Origin: Girardia tigrina
Lineage: Eukaryota
NCBI GenBank assembly: GCA_001938485.1
Contig: MQRK01237226.1
Coordinates: forward strand, 4,283 to 55,402
Length of the DNA: 51,120 nucleotides
Reading direction: 5' to 3'
Positions 1-13,404 of this stretch are shown here, one piece after another (positions within the stretch are counted from its first letter, which is position 1; the number at the start of each line of letters is the position of its first letter). The notes under the pieces are model-generated. The model was not told where the DNA came from, searched no databases, and saw nothing but the letters and a program-made list of their open reading frames with translations. The position numbers and the translations under genes were made by a program.

Positions 1-26
1 TATATATACATATATATATATATATA
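1..26. repeat. (TA)n microsatellite
   Basis: Direct reading; other TA runs at 22363-22400 and 33173-33196. Confidence 0.9.
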
Positions 27-470
27 TTATCTGTTATTTATCGAATTTTAATTTGCAGAATTTCCAACTGCCTTTTAAATTTAAATTATCATATTTTTAT
101 TACATCTCTGACAACAAAAATTTTAACAAAAAATTCTTCCGAATAACTCTTAAAATAAATGCAAAATAATTAAAATTCAATTATTTATGAAATTAACTTT
201 TTAAAATTAATAAAGATTTTTTTTACTAATAACTGTTTAAAACTTTTAATTTTATTTTAGAGATTATTTATAATTAATTATTTCCAAAAATTTAAAGAAT
301 GAGCCTGTTCTTTTTTTTAAGAATTTAAAAGGTTTTTATTTTAAAGAATTATTTCATTTTAATTAATCGAACATTATTTTTAATTTACTTAAAATACAAA
401 TATGATTTTTAAAAAATATCAAAAATTTGAAGTTCATCAAAAGGAACCCCAACAATCAGTATTGATCTAG

Positions 471-517
471 TTTTGCCTGATGATGGCGGTTGATCCATTG
501 AAATTAATAGCAATAAA
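471..517 (+). ncRNA. Minimal type I hammerhead ribozyme (PLE pLTR type)
   Basis: TTTTGC-CTGATGA(477-483)-T-GGCGG ttgat CCATT-GAAA(500-503)-TTAA-TA^GCAA; stem I TTGC/GCAA; stem II weakened by G-U pairs and one mismatch. Confidence 0.7.
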
Positions 518-1759
518 TTTTGGTGAATATTTTTTTGTCTTTTAAAGACATCGTTTTTAAAATTTTTATATAATAAATATTAAATAGATATTTATTATTT
601 GTAACAATATATTGTCATTTTTCATCAAATTTATTTCTCGCTTTTTAATTAAGACTTTCCGAAATCATTCAAGTTATAATTATTGAAATCTCTACTGATA
701 ATATTAAATAGCGAAATAAATATATTTTAAATATAAATAATGTTTAAATTAAAACTTTTGAAATGGAATTAAAATTTCATATAATAAATTTTAACGATGA
801 AATAAACAGAAGAAATAAAAGTTTAACGACGTATTCTTATGATGTCGACGTTTCGTTCCCACCTGTAAATAGGAAAAGTTGCTCCCCAACTTCGCCTTAT
901 GTGATTCTCTCATGTCTGTTTAAGGGTGATTAACAATTCCCATTGTCCTGACAATGGGTTCCTGAATTCCTTTTAGAGAACCCCTTACACATTTGATTCA
1001 ATATACGCTTCTTTAAAGTATCTCTAAATAAATTTAAATATTTATAACTTTTGATTCAATTTTTTGGTTAATAAAAGTAAATATTAATTAAAATTAAATA
1101 TTTTTATTTAGTAATTTTTATTTTAAAACAAAATTTTTATTTTGTTTGATTCAGAACCTAATGTTATAAATGACATTAAAAGCAGGTCCCATATTAATGT
1201 GGTGCAGCAATAATTTAGCCGTTGCAATAATTACCTTGGTGTCACAGGTGTCAGTGGTGACCTTTGAAAATCAGAGGGAGTAGTTATTAATTTTATTTCA
1301 AGCCGTACCGATATCTGTAGCAGATTAGAAGGTGAGCAGCTTATAGTTTTAGAACAATCTAGTTATTGGAAGTCGGTAAATTAGATTTGTATTTTAAGTA
1401 AAAAAATTGACTCCTGCGGCTCTGCATGATGGGTTTAATCAAGAAGTTGATTGATTTGGAATTAGACTGATTTGATTGTATCTTGGCAACTAGAGTTTAA
1501 ATATAACGCTTTAATTTGGGAATTTTCGGATTGATGATAGTCACTGCGCAATTATCGGTCAACCTAGACTAACTTATTTCAGAGGCTAAATTATTTCCAT
1601 TACCCAAATAAAATGAATAATAGAAATTTGTGTTATTTAAAATTTCGAATTAACCTTGTAATTTAGATAAAAAAAATCAAAATTACAAATTAAAAAATGT
1701 AAAAAAAATAAAATTGTTTGAATGTTCGGGATTTTTATGAAATTTTTGAATTGTATATA

Positions 1760-2435
1760 AGAAAGGTCTCTGGGTTTTGGGTGCCGAGAATGTTAACCGA
1801 CGAGTAAAAGTAAAAACGTGCCTAAATTTCTAGATCAAATCTTGAAAAGTTCCCAGCAGATCATCAGAATTTTTTGTTTCGTTTTGTGACAATGGACGGG
1901 ACCTTCATCTTCCACTTTCATCTCGAAATTAAACAAAAATCGAAATGAGTCGACGAACCCACGTCGAAGAAATTCAAAGTGTCAAGATGAGCAGGGAAGA
2001 TGGCGTCCGATTTTTGGGACGCTGAAGGAATTATTATGGTAGACTATTTGAAAAAGGGAGCCACTATTACAGACTCCTACAACAAAGATAAAATATGAAG
2101 ATTGCTGATGGCTATCTTGGAGAAAAGGTGCAGTAAACTGTGACCTGGAGTGTTGTTTTACAAAGACAACGTGCCGGTTTACACAGCTACAGTTGCCGTG
2201 GCCACCATTCAAGAAGCGGACTTTGAACTAGTGCAATACTCTACCCTCTATTCGCAAGATCTAGCTCTCAGTAACTTCTTTCTCTCTCCTCGGTTCAAGA
2301 AACACCCCCGGTGCAAGAAATTTTACGATGATGGCGAGGTGATGACCGCTGTTAGGAATTATTTTAAGTGTCAAGATCACGAATTTGTTTCTAAGGAGAT
2401 TGCAACTTTAGAAAAGAGATTGACTGCATGTTTAG
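1760..2435 (+). mobile_element. Decayed mariner (DD34D) transposase
   Basis: Frames give WVPRMLT, FVTMD, FWDAEGIIMVDYL and YSQDLALSNFFL (WVPHEL/YSPDLAPSDF equivalents); stops and frameshifts. Confidence 0.85.
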
Positions 2436-2645
2436 TAACCTACTGTTTACTTTTTATTTATAATAAATTATATGTGTATATATGGATATATATCGCTATA
2501 TATAGATGTATATCGCTAACGGATTCCACTAATCGAAAATCCTGTTAAATAACAGAATTTTCGAGTATGTGTTGATTTTTGACAATTAAATAAAGTCACA
2601 ATCAGACCAGAACATTTCAAACGAATCGTACACATATTTCAAAAG

Positions 2646-3757
2646 TCGTGAGCAAAGATAACATAGAAACGAATAAAACGAAAATTGAAGCAATCGAAAA
2701 ATTTCAAAATCCTTCATACATTAAACATTTAAGAAGTTTTTTGGGGCTAACGAACTATTATAGAAAATTTTTGAAGGATTCAAAAATACTGGAAGGGCTG
2801 TGTGAAAAAAATAAAGATAAAAATTTGATATGGACAAACGAGTGGGACAAAGCATTTCAGTCATTAAAAGAAAAAATGACAAAAACACCGATCCTAGCAG
2901 ATCCAGATTTTGAAAATGAGTTTGTACTGGATACAGATATCCTTTTTGTTACGATCGGGCAGTACTTGCACAGAAGGATGTATACTGAAGGGAAAGAGTA
3001 ATTGCATATAGATTCCACAAGATGAACAAACACAAACTGGGATACTGTATTACAAGAAAGGAATTATTGACAATTTATTACTCCACCCAATATTTTAAAC
3101 TTTTCTTATACGGAAAGAGCTTCCTACTTCGAACGGACCATCAAGCCATCACATTCATGATGACAACGAAGAACCCAATAACTTCACAATTCCAAACTTC
3201 GATAAACTTCCTTAGTGGACTAGACATGAGGATGGAATACCGCAAGGGAGAAAAACACACCAATGCAGACGCAATGTCGAGAAATACACGTGAACTATGT
3301 GTACAATATCAGACAATGCTCGATGATGCTAAAAAAAGAAAAGTTAAAACTAGAATACTTGCATTAACTGAAGATTTAGAAGAGTTCATTTGGCAGACGA
3401 ATGATAAAGAAATAAAACAGATTAAAGAAAATATTAGAATGTGAAAGACAAAAGAATGACTTCTAAAAAACAATATCGTGTCGACAAGAGATAAAAAATA
3501 TTGGATCCCAGTGAAAAAGCGAACCGACTTTATAGAAGATATACATAAAATGTTATACCATGCGGGAAGTAAGAAAGTATACAATTACATAAAAGATGAT
3601 TTCGATATGTATGAAATAAGACAACAGATAAAGAAAATCATACAAAGTTGTGCAAACTACCAGAATAGGAAGACTCTGACAGCAAAGACGAAAGAGAAGC
3701 ACATTAAAAAATTCACCGACGAACCATTTCAAAAAATTTACATGGACTTTTGCGACC
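2646..3757 (+). mobile_element. Ty3/Gypsy pol fragment (RT C-terminus, RNase H, integrase HHCC), frameshifted
   Basis: LRSFLGLTNYYRKF, FVLDTD, KELL..F.LRTDH, H..L.H.G..C; same family as 37000-38130; cut off at MDFC by the PLE. Confidence 0.92.
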
Positions 3758-3759
3758 GG

Positions 3760-5060
3760 CAAAAGAGTTAGAAACCTCTAGCGTATAAACACTGGGTTTA
3801 TGATATTTTTTTTTATTTTACAAAATGAAAAAGATATTTCTCCCTTTTTAAATTATATGGATTCTTTGCATTCAAATGTAAAGTTGACTATGGAGATAGA
3901 GCAAGATAAGAAATTGTCCTTTCTTGGTTTGTTAATTGAGAGAAAAAACGAATGTTATGAGATGGAGATTTACAGAAAGAAAACTGACACGGGGTTGTAT
4001 ACAACAACGAATAGTTTCTGTGAATCCAAATATCGTCGAAATATTATTAAAGGTCTTATTTTTCGCTCATGGGATCTTTCATCTACATATAAAGGATTTA
4101 ATGACAGCCTTAATAAATTAAACAAATTATTATATGATAATGGATATTCAAAATCGATAGTGGAAAAATTAACAAAGGAAACTATTGATAAATTAATCGA
4201 CAAAAATAATACTAAAATTTTATATGTTCAAGATCAAGAGCAATTTTACAAATTTAATGATAAAAGTTTAGAAATTGGATATGTATTAGCTGTAACATAT
4301 TCAGACAGGTTTACAATATCTAAAAATTCTATTTTTAAAGCGTTAGATAATGCTATACGTTTAAAAGTAACATCCCGTACCCAAAAATTGAAAAAATGTT
4401 CGACAATAAATCTCCAGCGCCGTTAGGATTGTTTTCGGATCTCATTTACCAATATAGATGTAATGGGTGTAAGGCCACATACATTGGTGAGACTTTACGT
4501 TATCTCTGTAAGAGAATCCAGGAACACAGTCGCAATGAAGGTGGATATAACATTGCAGGAGATAGAAGACATCGTAAAGGAGATATAAATTCACAACACT
4601 TAAAATTCCAGTGCACTCAATTTAAAAATTATTGGGAGAGAGTGACATATGAAGCGTTATATATAAGATCTTTGGATCCTAAAATTAACGTTCAAAGTGC
4701 ATTCTCTACAACTTTGTTCGGAGTTTTTAAATTATATACTGATGACGTATTGATTACTTAATCATTAACTGCACTATATAAGTAAATTTCGCTTGAAAAA
4801 TAATTTTTTTCTGACGATTACTGTTAAACCGTTGAAATTAATTATTATTTTTAGTTAATGTTTTTAAAAATTAGAAAAAAATGTTCACATAATCGTGATA
4901 AAAAATAGAAATTAAAAAACCAATTAGAGCGATGTCCAACAGTCTTGTAATGACTCCAAATGTGATAATAATTAAAATACTAATGAAAATTGTCTCATTA
5001 TTCTTATCAGACATGATTACAATAAATTCAAATAGTAATAATTTGAAAATGACTTAATAT
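3760..5060 (+). mobile_element. 5'-truncated Penelope-like element: RT C-terminal half + GIY-YIG endonuclease + pLTR
   Basis: KPLAYKHWVYDIF (decayed YVDD), LTMEIEQDKKLSFL, IYRKKTDTG, NGYS; LIYQYRCNGCKATYIGET..RIQEH..EALYIRSLDPKIN; frameshift near 4390; hammerhead core downstream. Confidence 0.92.
4805..4845 (+). ncRNA. Degenerate hammerhead ribozyme core
   Basis: CTGACGA(4811-4817)..GAAA(4834-4837)TTAATT about 50 nt after the GIY-YIG stop; stems I and II poorly paired. Confidence 0.55.
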
Positions 5061-5167
5061 TTTGTTGCTCAATATTTTTTGTTTGACTGCATCTTGACTA
5101 TTACACACATCAATAAAAATTAATTAAAATTATTAATAATTTGTTGTAGTGATCAGTATTTTAAAAA

Positions 5168-6219
5168 ATGGAAAAGGCAAAAGATTGAACTATTATGAAG
5201 TACGAGTTCCTACGTGGAACCTCAGCATCAGAAACCATACGAAACTTTAATAGGGTATTTGGACACAATGCTACTTCGCAAATCGGTTTCAAATCGGTTA
5301 AGGAAATTGTGAAAGGTAATTTTAACATCAATAATGAATCCCGGGGTCGCACAGGAACGCTGGTAGAAAATGACGAACTGAATAGTAAACATGAATTCGG
5401 ATTCATCAGAAAGTTCCCATGATTTATTTCTAACGTTTGCTGTTACAAAGCAAACAATATTGAATCACTTTACTAAAATTGGTAACGTGAAAAAGTTGGA
5501 TAAGTAAATTCCACATGAGTGAAATGAAAAGCAGAATAAAAAGCGTTTGGATTCTTACTTGATGATGCTTTTTCGTTATAAATGTTATCGATTTTTGAAT
5601 CGAATTATCACCTGAGATGAAAAGTGAATCCAAAGGGATAACTGCAAACATTCAGCAAACAATGAAGCACCCAAATACAGTCCAAAGCACAACATTTATC
5701 TAAAAATGTTAATGCTGAGTGTTTGGTGGTATGTAGCAGTATGTTCATGAAACCTGGTTCGTCGATTACAGCACATATCTACTGCCACCTGTTGAAAGAT
5801 ATGATGCGGAAACTCAAAGAAAAACAGCTACGTTTGGTTATCAGGTGTACTCCCATCTTGTTTTACGACAATGCTAAACCACAAACTGCATTTATAACTG
5901 TGAAAAATTACATGAACTTTAGTTATAAGTTTTGGGTCATCCTCCATACTCACCAGAACTAGCCCAAACTGACTACAATTTCTTCCGCAATTTGAATAAC
6001 TTTGAGATAAGAAAACATTTCAATTCCGAAGATATCGAAAAGGCCTTCCAGGAATTAATAGATTATCACCCACCACATTATGACCTCAACAAGCTATCTC
6101 TCAAATGGAAAACGTGTGTCAAAAATATGGGTGCATACTTTGATGAACGGCATAATTATTTGTATTGGTAAATTATCAATAAACTTTAGTTCTACAAATT
6201 TCATACTTGACAACCTTTA
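5168..6219 (+). mobile_element. Decayed mariner element with 3' TIR
   Basis: MKYEFLRGTSASETIRN, RIIT, ILFYDNAKP, HPPYSPELAQTDYNFF; 3' end AAATTTCATACTTGACAACCT followed by TA. Confidence 0.88.
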
Positions 6220-7208
6220 TAAATAATATTTTAATATAAATGTCAATATTTTAAAAATACTTTTTCTCAATTATCTACAGAGTCATGCCCAATAATGTCT
6301 ATTCCTCTCTTTTAATTATCAATTTAAACAAATAAAAGTTGAGAACAGTAGAGTGTCTCAAGTACTTTTTCTGCCTTTCTCAAACAATTTTTGTGCAAAT
6401 AGTAGTAATTGCTTCTGTTAAGTTTATTATTATATTTATTTCACAAAAATAAATATTATTAGGATATTATAAAATAAATTTGATGTCAAAAGACATGAAA
6501 ACATGTTTCGTATCAAGCAAAAATAAATATCAGTCATTTTCAATTTTTTTATTTTCAATAACTTTTAATGCAAAGTAGTTTTATTTCTTTTGCTATATCT
6601 TAAGATACAAAGACCGGCATTTTAAAGATATTTTAGAAATCTTAAAGGGAAATACTTTATAAATTTTATCATAAAAAATATCTATTTTTGAAACATCTTA
6701 AAAAAGGGTATTTGTTTCATCTGTCCATGTATCAATTACTTAATTAGACTCCACTGCGCAACGCACGAAAGTAAAACGGTTATAAGGGATGATTAATTTG
6801 TACCAACATTTCTTTAGTTATTGTTCCACTCTTCTCTTCCTATTCTCTGATCTTATTAAAGCCATTTAATATATTAGATCTCTTGGAAAAGTGATTTGGA
6901 TAATGACTTTGAGAGAATATAAAAGGCCCTTAAAGAAACAACTCAGTTGAAGATAATACAAGAAGATTCAGATCTGATACCCCTAATGACGCATAATTAA
7001 TAGCAATCAAAAGAATTTTCGTACAAAAGGTCGTCAATGATCTCGCATTTTCTTATTCAAAGCTTTATACTATATATTCAAGATATTAAACTATTGCAAG
7101 AGTGTTGAAAGAAACAAATATACATGAAATACATTTATGAAAGGTTATAAAAAGCTTATGCGAACAATGTTGTAAATGAATGAGAAGATGAAACACACGC
7201 TTTCTATA

Positions 7209-8106
7209 CAGTGAAAGCCACTTAATAGGACCATTGGTTAATAGGACCAAATTCTGTGGAACCGAATCATTTCCTATGTTTCGAATATTAAAGCAGCCGC
7301 TTAATAGGACCAGTAAAAGTCGGTTAATGNNNNNNNNNNNNNNNNNNNNNNNNNNNNNNNNNNNNNNNNNNNNNNNNNNNNNNNNNNNNNNNNNNNNNNN
7401 NNNNNNNNNNNNNNNNNNNNNNNNNNNNNNNNNNNNNNNNNNNNNNNNNNNNNNNNNNNNNNNNNNNNNNNNNNNNNNNNNNNNNNNNNNNNNNNNNNNN
7501 NNNNNNNNNNNNNNNNNNNNNNNNNNNNNNNNNNNNNNNNNNNNNNNNNNNNNNNNNNNNNNNNNNNNNNNNNNNNNNNNNNNNNNNNNNNNNNNNNNNN
7601 NNNNNNNNNNNNNNNNNNNNNNNNNNNNNNNNNNNNNNNNNNNNNNNNNNNNNNNNNNNNNNNNNNNNNNNNNNNNNNNNNNNNNNNNCCTAACTCGACA
7701 TCAATCTTGCTAGAGCACAATGGGGAGGGTTGCAGACTGGCTGCTGACGAGAGCTGCAGCAAGCTCACACCCTCTTATGAAATCGTCACCACCAACTTCT
7801 CTCTTGTTGGTAGGACGCTTCTTCTCTTGCTGCGTGGGTGTGTGCTGTGCGCTGAGTGAGAGAGGATAGATCAGATTAGAGTGCAAGTTGCCGAATCCTA
7901 AGTATGCTGATGCGAAAAATAAATCAGACATCATTCATCAGGTGAATGCTTGACACGCTGTCTGGACATTTGATTCTATAGTTTGATTCCCTGCTCGAAA
8001 AGTGTACTTTGTCAAAAAATAACACCACTTCGATTAATGGGACCAGTCGGTTAATAGGACCAGTTGGGCTTGGGACAAATGTGGTCCTATTAAGCGGCTT
8101 ACACTG
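7209..8106. mobile_element. pogo/Tigger-type TIR element (spans gap)
   Basis: TA-CAGTGAAAGCCACTTAATAGGACCA ... TGGTCCTATTAAGCGGCTTACACTG TIRs; internal repeats of TTAATAGGACCA at both ends. Confidence 0.85.
7330..7688. other. Assembly gap (N run)
   Basis: N run. Confidence 1.
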
Positions 8107-8672
8107 TTTTATATTCTATTTACGCTTACTGTACAGTCATATTTCACACACCACGAAAATCAGATGCAGATAAAAAGTAAACTCTTTCTTTGTTTTATTA
8201 GAAATTATAAAAGATGATGTGAAAAAGATACCGTCTTAAGCGGATTCACCCATTAAGTCAGAAATAAAAGAATAAAAATCTCCAAATCTTGAAATTTAAT
8301 CAACATATGCTTAATCAAAGGAATATGAAATGATATAACATTTTTCCCTAACAATTTAGGTAAACGGTTTCAAACATTTGCCATCTAACAAGTTCTGAAC
8401 CCAGAAAGTAAGCCTTTTCATTGACATGACACCGTTGAAAAAGAATAAAAAACTTCAAAAATCATTAAAATGTTGATTGGCGAAAATGTTAAACGACCGA
8501 TATTGAAAAAAACTTAAAAAAACTGATTTTTGTTTAATTAAATTAAACAAATATTTAAGTGAGACAGTTTTAAATTTTAATGTTTGGAATTCACAAATAC
8601 AATGCTTCTCAACATAATCGTGCTTTTTTATTCTTTATCGATAATTTTTTGATTCCCTTTATCGAACTTCAA

Positions 8673-9026
8673 ATGCAACCGTTCGGTTCAGACCGACCGA
8701 CACCTCCCTAGAGGTATCAGTATACAGATGAAACAAAAATCGATCAACTGATCGAGCCGATCATCACCCGAGACGGAACCGATCGCCAAATGGAGAGCGA
8801 AACACAACTCTGAACCGCCACGAGTCGGTCGCGGGACCGACATCCGATGACGTGTCGACCGATGGTTATTGAACCCGATCAGTACACGGACGCCGTCGAA
8901 CTGACACGTCGATCTTTCCAGACACCAAGTCCCGACACATTTAAGAGGTAATGGTCGATGCCACTCGGTCCGGCTGTCGGCACCTCATGTTGTTTTCGTC
9001 GCACACTAACCACCAAGGAACAGTAA
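8673..9026 (+). pseudogene. GC-rich decayed reading frame, unknown product
   Basis: ATG-started 118-codon frame with internal TAG (8709), TGA (8811) and TAA (8949); composition sharply different from the flanks. Confidence 0.35.
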
Positions 9027-9249
9027 ACAACTTAATCACCGAAGTTAGAGAGTCTAAAACAACCACAAAGTAGCTGTGGAAATGAGCATCATCAATTGTT
9101 CCTGAAGAATAAATGACATTCTGTAATAAAATTTCAAAGAAAAATTTAACTTATGATACCATTGACGTGGGCGCTGAAAAACAGAGAAAAAACGAAAAGG
9201 CTTGATAATGATGTTGAATACCCCTGGTGAAACTTTCAGAGTTTTCGTT

Positions 9250-9848
9250 TAATCCAGGGAATTACTTTTTTTAACATGAACACAAACAAAAAGATAGATC
9301 AAAACAATAAGGATATATTGGATAAATTATGTACACAAACACTGGTTAGGAAAGAATTAAATAAAGAAAACATTACATAACACAATCCAATAATCAAAAT
9401 ATCATATTCTGCGGGATTTGAAACGTTTAAGAAATGTATTTGCAAGATAAGAAGTAGTGTTAAAGTTGCTTCAATGACATCCAACTTTCAAAGCTTCTTC
9501 GTGTAGTAATCGAAAACGATTTTTAGATTGCAAGCTAATCTGATGCATAAATTTGATTGTCACGGGTATCAAAACTCGTACATCGGAGAGATAAATCGTC
9601 ATCCCAAAACCCGGATTAGTGATCATTAACAATCAAATCGATCGAGAAAGGTTATTGATCATCGGTTACATTGTAAAAATAGAATCTCTTCAGTTTCAAA
9701 GGATGAGTTTACTGTTTTTCAGAAGGGCTTTGATTCATACTATGAGCGGCAGTTTTGTCAATTATTATTGATAAGACACTTCAACCCATAAATAAACATT
9801 CAAAATGGACAACGTAAAGCCGTTTCAAATCTTAAAATTTTTAATTAA
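9250..9848 (+). mobile_element. Penelope-like GIY-YIG fragment (second subfamily)
   Basis: Frame from 9540: LMHKFDCHGYQNSYIGEINRHPKTRISDH*..LLIRHFNP*INIQ. Confidence 0.8.
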
Positions 9849-11070
9849 AATTTTTAAAATTTTATCATTATTATCCAATAATATTTTTAATTTTATAAAA
9901 TAAATACGATTTTTGTTCACTTTTAAATAACATTATACAAAAGAAACATTAAAACAGTAACTTTATAATTGGTGATGATGGAGAATATTTCAAAAAATGT
10001 ACTGTAATCTATTTATTAAAAAAGCTTTAACAAAATTATTTTTTACAATATTAAATCAGTGTTCACAAGAGACAGTATTATATATATTTATATATCAATG
10101 TGTGCAAGTTTTATAAATAATAAAATATTTTATATAACTTATTTTTAATTATTACAATAATTAAAATTTATAATTTGTAATAATTATATGTTGTAAAAAC
10201 ACTAACGCGATTTTCAATACATTTATTGGCATCACAACTCGAATATCCTCCAGGACAATTCTCCATAAAACTTTCGCAGCTAGTTATCTCGATTGATAAA
10301 TTTTAATTTTATTTCTAAACCTCTATTTATTCAAACAAATTTAAATTACAATTCAATTTACAATTTCAATTACAAAATAATTTACAATTTAATAACAAAA
10401 TAATTTTAAATTATTTTAAAAAATATTTTAAATATATTATTTTTATGATATATTAATTTAAGTTAAAAGTTGTTACTTACAATTTTAATTTGTCCGAATA
10501 ATCCGACGATTTAAAGTATTTAAAATATCAATCTTCCATCTGAGTGGGAGAAACACTATCCTAAAACAACGTACAATAAGCACCATTCAAATATATTCCT
10601 CACAATATGTATTGACATTAATTTATCACCTGTAATATATTCTGTTTTTGTCAAAGTACAGAAACTATCAGTCTGAATTGTCTCTTTAATTTACAGAGAT
10701 TCTTCATCTTTTTACACGATAAAAAATAAAAAGAAAGAAACCTTGATATTTATAATTTAAGAAACACGAAGGATTTATTTGGCTATTTTTACTCTAAACC
10801 TAACAGACTGGGTACGCGACATTTGGCCGTAGAAAACTCGTCGCAAAAATTAATTTTAGGACATAATAATGGTTTTAGTTTAATTGTACAAATTTATGAT
10901 TATAATTTTAAAATCATTTTGATTATTTATCACATTTTATTTCTACTTTAAACATTAAATTTCATTTTTGTTTTAATTACATAAAATTTACTTTAATTTT
11001 ATTCATGATTAAACTTTAATTTTCATTTTTTATAATTATAAATTTTATTTTTTAATACTTAGAACACTTA

Positions 11071-11634
11071 CCGTGTTTCGCACAATATAAGACATCCCCT
11101 AGTCTTTAGTAATCCCCCAGCAAAATTTTATGAAGTTTTATTAGTTTTTCGATCAAAATAAACTGTTGAATTCGAATAATATCGGCGACACTAAAATTAT
11201 TAAAACAAATGTATTAATAATAACATAGATTTATACATAATTTTATAATATAATGACTTTTACTTAATTAATTTGCACTAAAAACTGTCATTTTTAACTC
11301 TAAACAAAAATCTTTAATTTTATTTTAAATTATGATATTCTATTTCTAATAAACCTTTTCTTAGAAAAAAATTAAATTAAAATTAAAAAAATAAAAATAA
11401 TATATAATTATATATTATAGTTAATCATTTGATTTAATAATATTAATTAAAATGTGAGTTTTTAATTTTTAATATAAATATTTTATAGGTGATATTTCCG
11501 CAACGATGAGAGATAAAAATATCCCACGAGAAGAAGAAATACATAAGAAAAGGTAATAAATCTATTTCTCATAAAATTTTGCTGGGGGGAGATTACTAAA
11601 GACTGGGGGATGTCTTATATTGAGCGAAACACGG
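11071..11634. mobile_element. MITE with ~63-bp TIRs (pogo/Tc2-like CCGT ends)
   Basis: TA-CCGTGTTTCGCACAATATAAGACATCCCC..AAAATTTTATGA (11071-11133) is inverted at 11569-11634. Confidence 0.9.
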
Positions 11635-12435
11635 TGAATATTTTAAATCTGCATTTAATTTCAATTCCAAATAATTTTTTTAAATTTAGATCAGCAAACT
11701 GAAGATTAACTTACTCCTCGTAACTTTAATTTTTTTCATGATTAAACATTAAAGTAGGTTACAATAAAAGCCTTAATTTAATTATCCTTAAAATTTTATT
11801 TTTACCATTGTGCTCAAACTTGATTTTTGATCTTTGTGAATTAGTTAATTAAAATTTTACTGCAATCATAAAATAATCCTTTAAAAATTATAAACAAAAT
11901 CCTGCGGCGAGTTGTCCTGCTCCGAGCAGACTATATTCGTATTAAAGCGACATCAATCCTCACCTCAATCATTTCATTCAGTAATAAAATTATAAAATTT
12001 GCCATATCAGTTACAGACTCAGTAGTAAAGTAACTTATTTATTTAATTATCTTCCTTAACAGTTTTATTGAATTATCCAATTAATTCTTCTTTTTATTTC
12101 GTCCGTTCATTGATGTTGACATTATTACATATCTGTTAACTCCTTTTATATTAATTAATTTATATTAGTTAATAAAAGCAATTAATTAAAAATTATAATC
12201 AATGATATAAGAGTATGATAATTCTTCTTAAAATATAAATTAAATTATAAAAATAAATAATTTCATTCTATTTAATTGCCTTTATTTTGAAGTAAAAATA
12301 TAATTTATTTAATTTTATATTTGAGTCCATTAATAGTTTTTATATTACTTTTTATTGGAAACATTCGTTTCAATTGTGGCTTTCATATTTCTCCGTAAAT
12401 ATAATTTATTTTTTTTCCTATATTTTTGCTGGGCT

Positions 12436-13400
12436 TTAGAGCGTTTTTCTAAATATTTTATTTTCATGGTTCAAGATTTTAAATTGAGTTTTTTGATCTG
12501 AGATAATTTTATCCAGTTCGATCGACCCAAAAAATAAATAAGAAATCATTATATTATTCACATTAAAATTTGTTAAAATGATATTTGTCAAAATATTAGT
12601 TTTACTTTTTAATAGAGTTTTCAAATAATTAAAATTTTTAAGAAAGTTGAGACAATTTTCATTTGAATTTTTATTATTATCCAATATATATTCGCCAAAA
12701 CTCTCAGAAGATTGTTTACTGTTTGATATCACTCAAATTGTTTTTTTAAATTTTTTTTTCTATTGTTAATCTTGATTATTCGAAAAAAAATTTCTAAATC
12801 TTTTTAATAATTTTAATTAAAATTAATAATTTTAACCATTTAATTCAAAAAACTCAAAATAATAAAAAGGTTATCATTTTGTTAAAAAATTAATTTAATT
12901 TAAATTTTATTAGTTTTATTCATATATAATTAAATGCTTTTCTTTTTTTAACAACTATTAAACTTGATTTTAATTCTTAAATTTAAAAATATAAAGTTAT
13001 CAAATTCTTATTTTAATTATGTTTGAATAATCAATTACTGAAAATACAAAAATAACAATTTCCATTTGGGTGGGAGAATTCTAACTTCAACATACTCGAA
13101 TCAAAAAACATCATTAATACATTTATACAATTTAAAATATTCATCACAAAAAGTGGCATTTTATTTTGAAATAAAGAAAGACTTTATTTAAAGAAAATTT
13201 TGTATTTTTATGCACAATTAATTTTGGTGGTAGTTATACCACATGCCATAAAGAAAATATAAATTTAAAATCAGCTGTTATTGGTAAGCAGTGATTGTGC
13301 AATAAATGAATGTGTTTTCTAAATATACTCAATAAGATTTTCGAGAGACCCGTTTGTACATTAATTTTAAAATCTAAAGATATGACACATAGTGATTCAC
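12436..13400 (-). mobile_element. PLE 5' region: upstream pLTR (GIY-YIG tail), leader, and ORF N-terminus
   Basis: ESLCVISLDFKINVQ matches the GIY-YIG C-terminus; decayed hammerhead near 13210-13250; exact 16-mer AATGAAAATTGTCTCA shared with 4982-4997 downstream of the PLE hammerhead. Confidence 0.65.
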
Positions 13401-13404
13401 AGAG

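Noticed and set aside
835-900. CGAAACGTC plus hairpin on the - strand resembling a hammerhead 3' half
   Set aside because: No CTGANGA box upstream.
4385-4426. Programmed frameshift between PLE RT and GIY-YIG ORFs
   Set aside because: PLEs normally have one ORF and this copy has a decayed catalytic motif; a simple indel in an A run is more likely.
7234-7768. Long ORFs containing X runs (also 23896-24807)
   Set aside because: Artefacts of translating through N gaps.
7220-8100. Repeated TTAATAGGACCA units as a CRISPR-like array
   Set aside because: They are subterminal repeats of a eukaryotic TIR transposon; irregular spacing and no cas genes.
9965-10005. Hammerhead-like (G/A)TGA(T/C)GA-T at PLE ends here and at ~30855-30890 (-)
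   Set aside because: Core C and GAAA are missing in both copies; too decayed to call.
10809-11940. Weak terminal similarity AACTCGTCGCA / TGCGGCGAGTT suggesting a Mutator-like element around the MITE
   Set aside because: Short match, no TSD found.
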